From NCBI RefSeq assembly GCF_009914755.1, contig NC_060936.1: 64,000 nt of DNA; one strand, given 5' to 3'. Position 1 is the first letter of the stretch, and each line of letters opens with the position of its first letter. This DNA is from the human T2T-CHM13v2.0 reference genome, Homo sapiens. Shown piece after piece: positions 59,233 through 64,000 of this stretch. The position numbers and the translations under genes were made by a program. The notes beneath the pieces are model-generated. The model was not told the origin of the DNA. It saw only the letters and a program-made list of their open reading frames with translations, and did no database searches.

Positions 59233-61023
59233 ATCAGAACCTAGCCTTCCATAAAACTCCAGTGATTCAGACCAGCTGCTCAGGAGTCAGGAGCTGCCAG
59301 ACGTAAACTGAATTGCTGTATTCCATGACTGCTATCAGCTAGGAGTAGCTACTACGCAGGAAGAACTTGTAAGAACGTTCCTGGCTAGCAAAAGACTGCT
59401 TGCTGTCTCAGTACCCATGCTGTAGGCAGTTCATGGCAATTCTTACAACAATCCTATTTTTCAGCGTAGATGGATGTTCTAATTCCTAAATTATAAACCT
59501 TTCACCAACTGCCTTTCTTCTAGTATGTGTTCTGGTGTTTGCTGTCATGACTTTTAATATAATGCCTTGTCTCATTCCCCACTATAAGTTCCTCTAGTTG
59601 CTATCTGGTCATTCTTGATCTCACTCTCCATTATATGTGTCCTCCTTTGGTCTACCCCTATCTTGTTCTGACCCACTGTTTTCCCTAGACCTGGCTCCTG
59701 CCCTTTATCCTAAACCTACCTTGTCTTGTCTGTAGATCCCTATCTGTAGATATAGAGATACTTAGGTATTATTATTATCTTATTTTCTTAAGCTAACCTG
59801 GCCAGAGTTTTCAGAATTGGCAAAGAATAAGATGTGTTCCCTTTCAGAATTTATAAAATGGCTAATATAAAAGAAGAATAATATCGCTGCCAAGAAAAAG
59901 CAGCAGTGTAGTGTCAGTGGTGATCACAGCTGGGACAAATACTGCTTCTTTGCTGTCTCCTCTGGTGGCTACCTAGAACACCATAAACCCTTTCTTCCAA
60001 CTGTACATGGCCTCCTACTTACTCAACTACTCATGTGGCTTGCCTTCTGGGACACACAAATTCATCTTCATACTGTCGCCAAATCCTAACCAGAACTCAG
60101 AAAATGGTGAACAAAAACGGTGCCTATTAAAGAGAAAGAGAAGTCAGATTTTATCCTTATCCATTTGCTCTAGGAGCTCTGATGGCAAAAGCACTTCAAA
60201 ACACCAGTTAACTATGTATTCCAACAATACACGATAAATGAGATGGCACTTCAAAAAGAGGTGCTGTAATACAAATTTTTTTCAAGTCGTGTTTTTTTTA
60301 ACGTTTTTCCTAGCTTTTTTACACTCAATGAGACTCAAACAGAACTAGTCCTCTTCTCATCAGCTACTTGGGACCAAAGACATAAGTTCTTATTAGAAGA
60401 TTCCTTCCCTCACCACCCCATAAAAGAAGCACAATGGTCCACTCCCTACAATAATCACCTTCTCAACTGTTCTACCATTAAAAAAAAAAAACAAAGGAAG
60501 AGAAAAAAAAAAAAAAAAGGAAAGTCTTTTAAAAAGAAGAGCTAAGTCCTTTTCCTCCCTACTGTTTTTGGCCAGAGGGAGGGAGAAACTGAGCTATCAG
60601 TCCATTCAGAAGAAAATGGGTTACAAACAGAATGATTAAAAAAGGTATATTTTGGTAAATGGCCACCAATCTAATCCATTTGAATGATTCCAATTATTTT
60701 CCTACCTTATCCTTTCATTCAGATCTATCTTCTGCCATTCCTGGAGCTTGAGAAAGCAGTTAACACTTCCCGCTCTGAGGAAATGAAAGCCGCCTCACCA
60801 CTGCGATAATCATAACCATACATATTAACTTCTTCATTAAAATATATTTAATATAAATACAGCAGTTTCTGCTGTGAAAACTTTACAATGCACTGCATAA
60901 CTAAAAACTTGTTTTTTTTTTTTTTTTTGCTTCCTTTGTATAAAGAAAACAAAGTGGCAATGATTAATTGGACAAAACTAAGAAACCTACCAAACTTTTG
61001 GGAATTAACTTCAGCGGATATAG

Positions 61024-61293
<270 letters not shown>

Positions 61294-62030
61294 ACTTAGG
61301 TATTATTATATTTCAGAAGCTGTCAAACCATAGGAACATCTAAAACCTTACCTTAAGCACAAGCTAACAAAGCCAAACTGTTACTAATTCCTTCCAGTGA
61401 AGGAATGATACTTCTTCAAATGTGAGCCAGAAGTAAAGTTATTTACACCAATACATTTAAGAACTATCAGTTTCATGAATGAACATCTATCAGTGAAGAA
61501 GGATAAAGAAAAGTTATAGACGGGGAAAAAAAGGTAACAATATACAAAATTAGCAAGCCAAAGGGCTGTTGAGGAAAAACAGCAAGTAGCCTTTTTTTTT
61601 CAAACACCTGTCCTCCTCTTATTATTAAATCTAGGAATCCAGAGCATTAAAAAGTTACCAAAGCACTGATATACAACTGAGTATCTGTTTCTATTTAAAC
61701 ATACTGAAAGAAGATAAAACGCTAAAATAATCTGCATTCTCTACAGAGTTCACTGTTTACAAGTTAAATAACAAAACATTAACTTCTTTATGCCTTGTTT
61801 TGTAGATTTGACTTTGGAACTACACTTCATAATTGTAAAATGATTAACTTTTTTTTATATATCCCCCCCAAAACTCCAAAATAAGATGAAACAAAAGCAC
61901 CTCACTGTGTAACCAGTTGGTGACAAAAACCACAGAGAGGAATTATTCTGAGTGACTTTAAAGCATAGTAAAGGCACATTCATAACAAAATATACACTAA
62001 GAACAAAGAAAATCTCTAGGTATACGAATA

Positions 62031-62494
62031 CAGTCATATGCCGCCATGATTACGTTTCAGTCAACAGATGGACCACACAGATGATGGTGGTCCCATAATA
62101 TAATAAAACTGAATTTTTACTGCACCTTTTTTTTTTTTGGTAAGATTTTTTACAGAGATGGGGTCTCCCCATGTTGCCCAAACTGGTCTCAAACTCATGG
62201 GCTCGAAAGATTCTCCTGCCTCACCCTCCCAAAATGCTGGGATTACACATGTGAGCCACCGTTCCTTGCTTTTTCTATGTTTAGGTATGTTCGGAAACAC
62301 AAACACTTACCATTGTGTTATACCTGCCTACAGAATTCAGTGCAATAACATGCTGTAGCCTACAAGCTACATAAAGCCCAGATGTATATAGTAGGCTATA
62401 CTGTCTGTGTTTGTGTAAGCAAACTCTGTTGTTCACACAATGATGACATCACCTAAAGAGGCATTTCTCAGAGGCATTAAGCGACACATTGCTG
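62031..62494. mobile_element. Tigger3 (Golem) MITE containing an Alu monomer (about 62127-62265, minus)
   Basis: TIRs cagtcatatgccgc / gcgacacattgctg; TA on both flanks. Confidence 0.85.
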
Positions 62495-63082
62495 TATTTC
62501 AATAACAGACAACAACAAAAAAAGAGTTAGCATTTCTAGTAATATTGATGGCAGTGTTGTTATTCTAAGAGTGCTGTATTTATACCATGGGATAAAGCAA
62601 ATAAAAAAATTATGTTGAGAATCAGCAGTTTGGGCATGGGAAAAAGAGGATACAGACAGATATAAGAATGATATTAAGTAAAAACCTTGTAGTCCTGAAC
62701 TTGAATTGCCAAGTATCAGTATGAATTACTATGTAATTTATGTTTTAAAAAAAGAAAAAAAAAAAGACATGCGTCTAAGTCTGTTCACTGAAAAGGCCTA
62801 AAAGGTATGAGTAAGTTAGTAGCAATAGGAATCCTCAGTGCTCAGATTGTGGTCTCTAAATACTATGCCCCAACTAAAGGAACTATAATTCCTTAGCAAA
62901 ATGGGCTAATTCCAAATCTGGAGCATAAAATGTTCAAGATAAGAAGGGAACATGTTGTCATACCAAAAAGCAAGGAGGGTATCAGTGACTAGTTAAGAGT
63001 CGTGTCAAAACTACTCGGAGGTCACCTTGAATAGGTTTCCACTGGACAAAGATAGAAAATTTAAACATCGAGAAGGATAACA

Positions 63083-63374
63083 GGCTGGACGCAGTGGCTC
63101 ACTCCTGTAATCCCAGCACTTTGGGAGGCCGAGACAGGAGGATCACCTGAGTTCAGGAGTTTGAGACCAGCCTGGCTAACACGGTGAAACCCGGTTTCTA
63201 CTAAAAATACAAAAAAATTAGCCAGGTATGGTGGTGGGCGCCTGTAATCCCAGCTACTCTGGAGGCTGCGCAGGAGAATCACTTGAACTCAGGAGGTGGA
63301 GGTTGCAGTGAGCTGAGATCGTGCCATTGCACTCCAGCTTGGGCAACAAGAGCAAAACTCCGTCTCAAAACAAA
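63083..63374 (+). mobile_element. AluS
   Basis: TSD aggataaca; lies in an L1MC-like relic. Confidence 0.95.
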
Positions 63375-63653
63375 AGGATAACAACTGCAATAAATTGAAA
63401 CACAGTTTGTTTTAATCCACGAGTTCACGATAATATTCAAAAATAGGAACTCACAGGTCATCTTTGGAGCAACAGTTAACTATCACCCCATAGGGGAAAG
63501 TTAACGTAGATACATCTCCCTGAAAACCTTTCTTCAAATGCTATTTAAATCACACCTGTCATTTCAATAACTCAAGTAAGATTCAACTGTTCTACTCACA
63601 GCAGAAAGAGGATAAAACTAATTCAAATATTCTATATAAAGAAAAAAGCATCT

Positions 63654-63958
63654 GGCTGGATATAGTGGTTCATGTCTATAATCCCAACACTTTGGGGGAC
63701 TGAGGCAGGAACACTGCTTGAGGCTGGGAGTTCAAAACCAGCCTTGGCAACATAGCAAGATCCTGTCCCTACCAAAAATCATTTTTTTAATTAGCCACGC
63801 ATGGTGGTGTGCACCTGTGGTCTAGCTACTTCGGAGGCTGAGATGTGAGGATCACTTGAGCCCCAGAGTTTGAGGTGTCACAGTAAGCTATGACTGTGCC
63901 ACTGTACTCCAGCCTGGGTGACAGAGCGAGACCCTGTCTCTAAGAAAAAATAAATAAA
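63654..63958 (+). mobile_element. AluJ
   Basis: Dimer with A-rich tail. Confidence 0.93.
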
Positions 63959-64000
63959 GCACCAGGGAAAAAAAAGGAAATACTATTATCTGATTCAAAG

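Noticed and set aside
59951-59970. CTCF site (gccaccagaggagac on minus)
   Set aside because: Core GGC positions are mismatched

Overview
Primate (almost certainly human) AT-rich, Alu-dense DNA with no protein-coding exon; the supplied ORFs are Alu/L1/DNA-transposon-derived or chance. The miR-620 hairpin (3563-3653, minus strand) places the window, by recall, inside the very long intron 2 of MED13L (chr12q24.21, minus strand). The visibly A/C-rich plus strand agrees with minus-strand transcription. The window holds about 30 Alus, L1M/L2/L3/MIR relics, three LTRs and four well-delimited DNA transposons. A decayed SNRPG processed pseudogene is nested in a Charlie1 element, and an MLT2A LTR is nested in an Alu inside an L2. 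The most interesting unexplained signals are minus-strand RNA-processing motifs: a strong recursive-splice-like TAG|GTGAGT site (40204/40205), several cryptic exons (mostly poison, one in-frame 63 nt, one microexon), U12-type 5' splice sites and branch points including a tandem USSE-like element, and a UGUA-rich intronic poly(A) site. These are sequence-only hypotheses, and long introns contain many decoy sites. Reading-frame statements assume intron 2 follows c.310 (phase 1), which is recalled, not verified. Repeat boundaries and subfamilies are by eye.
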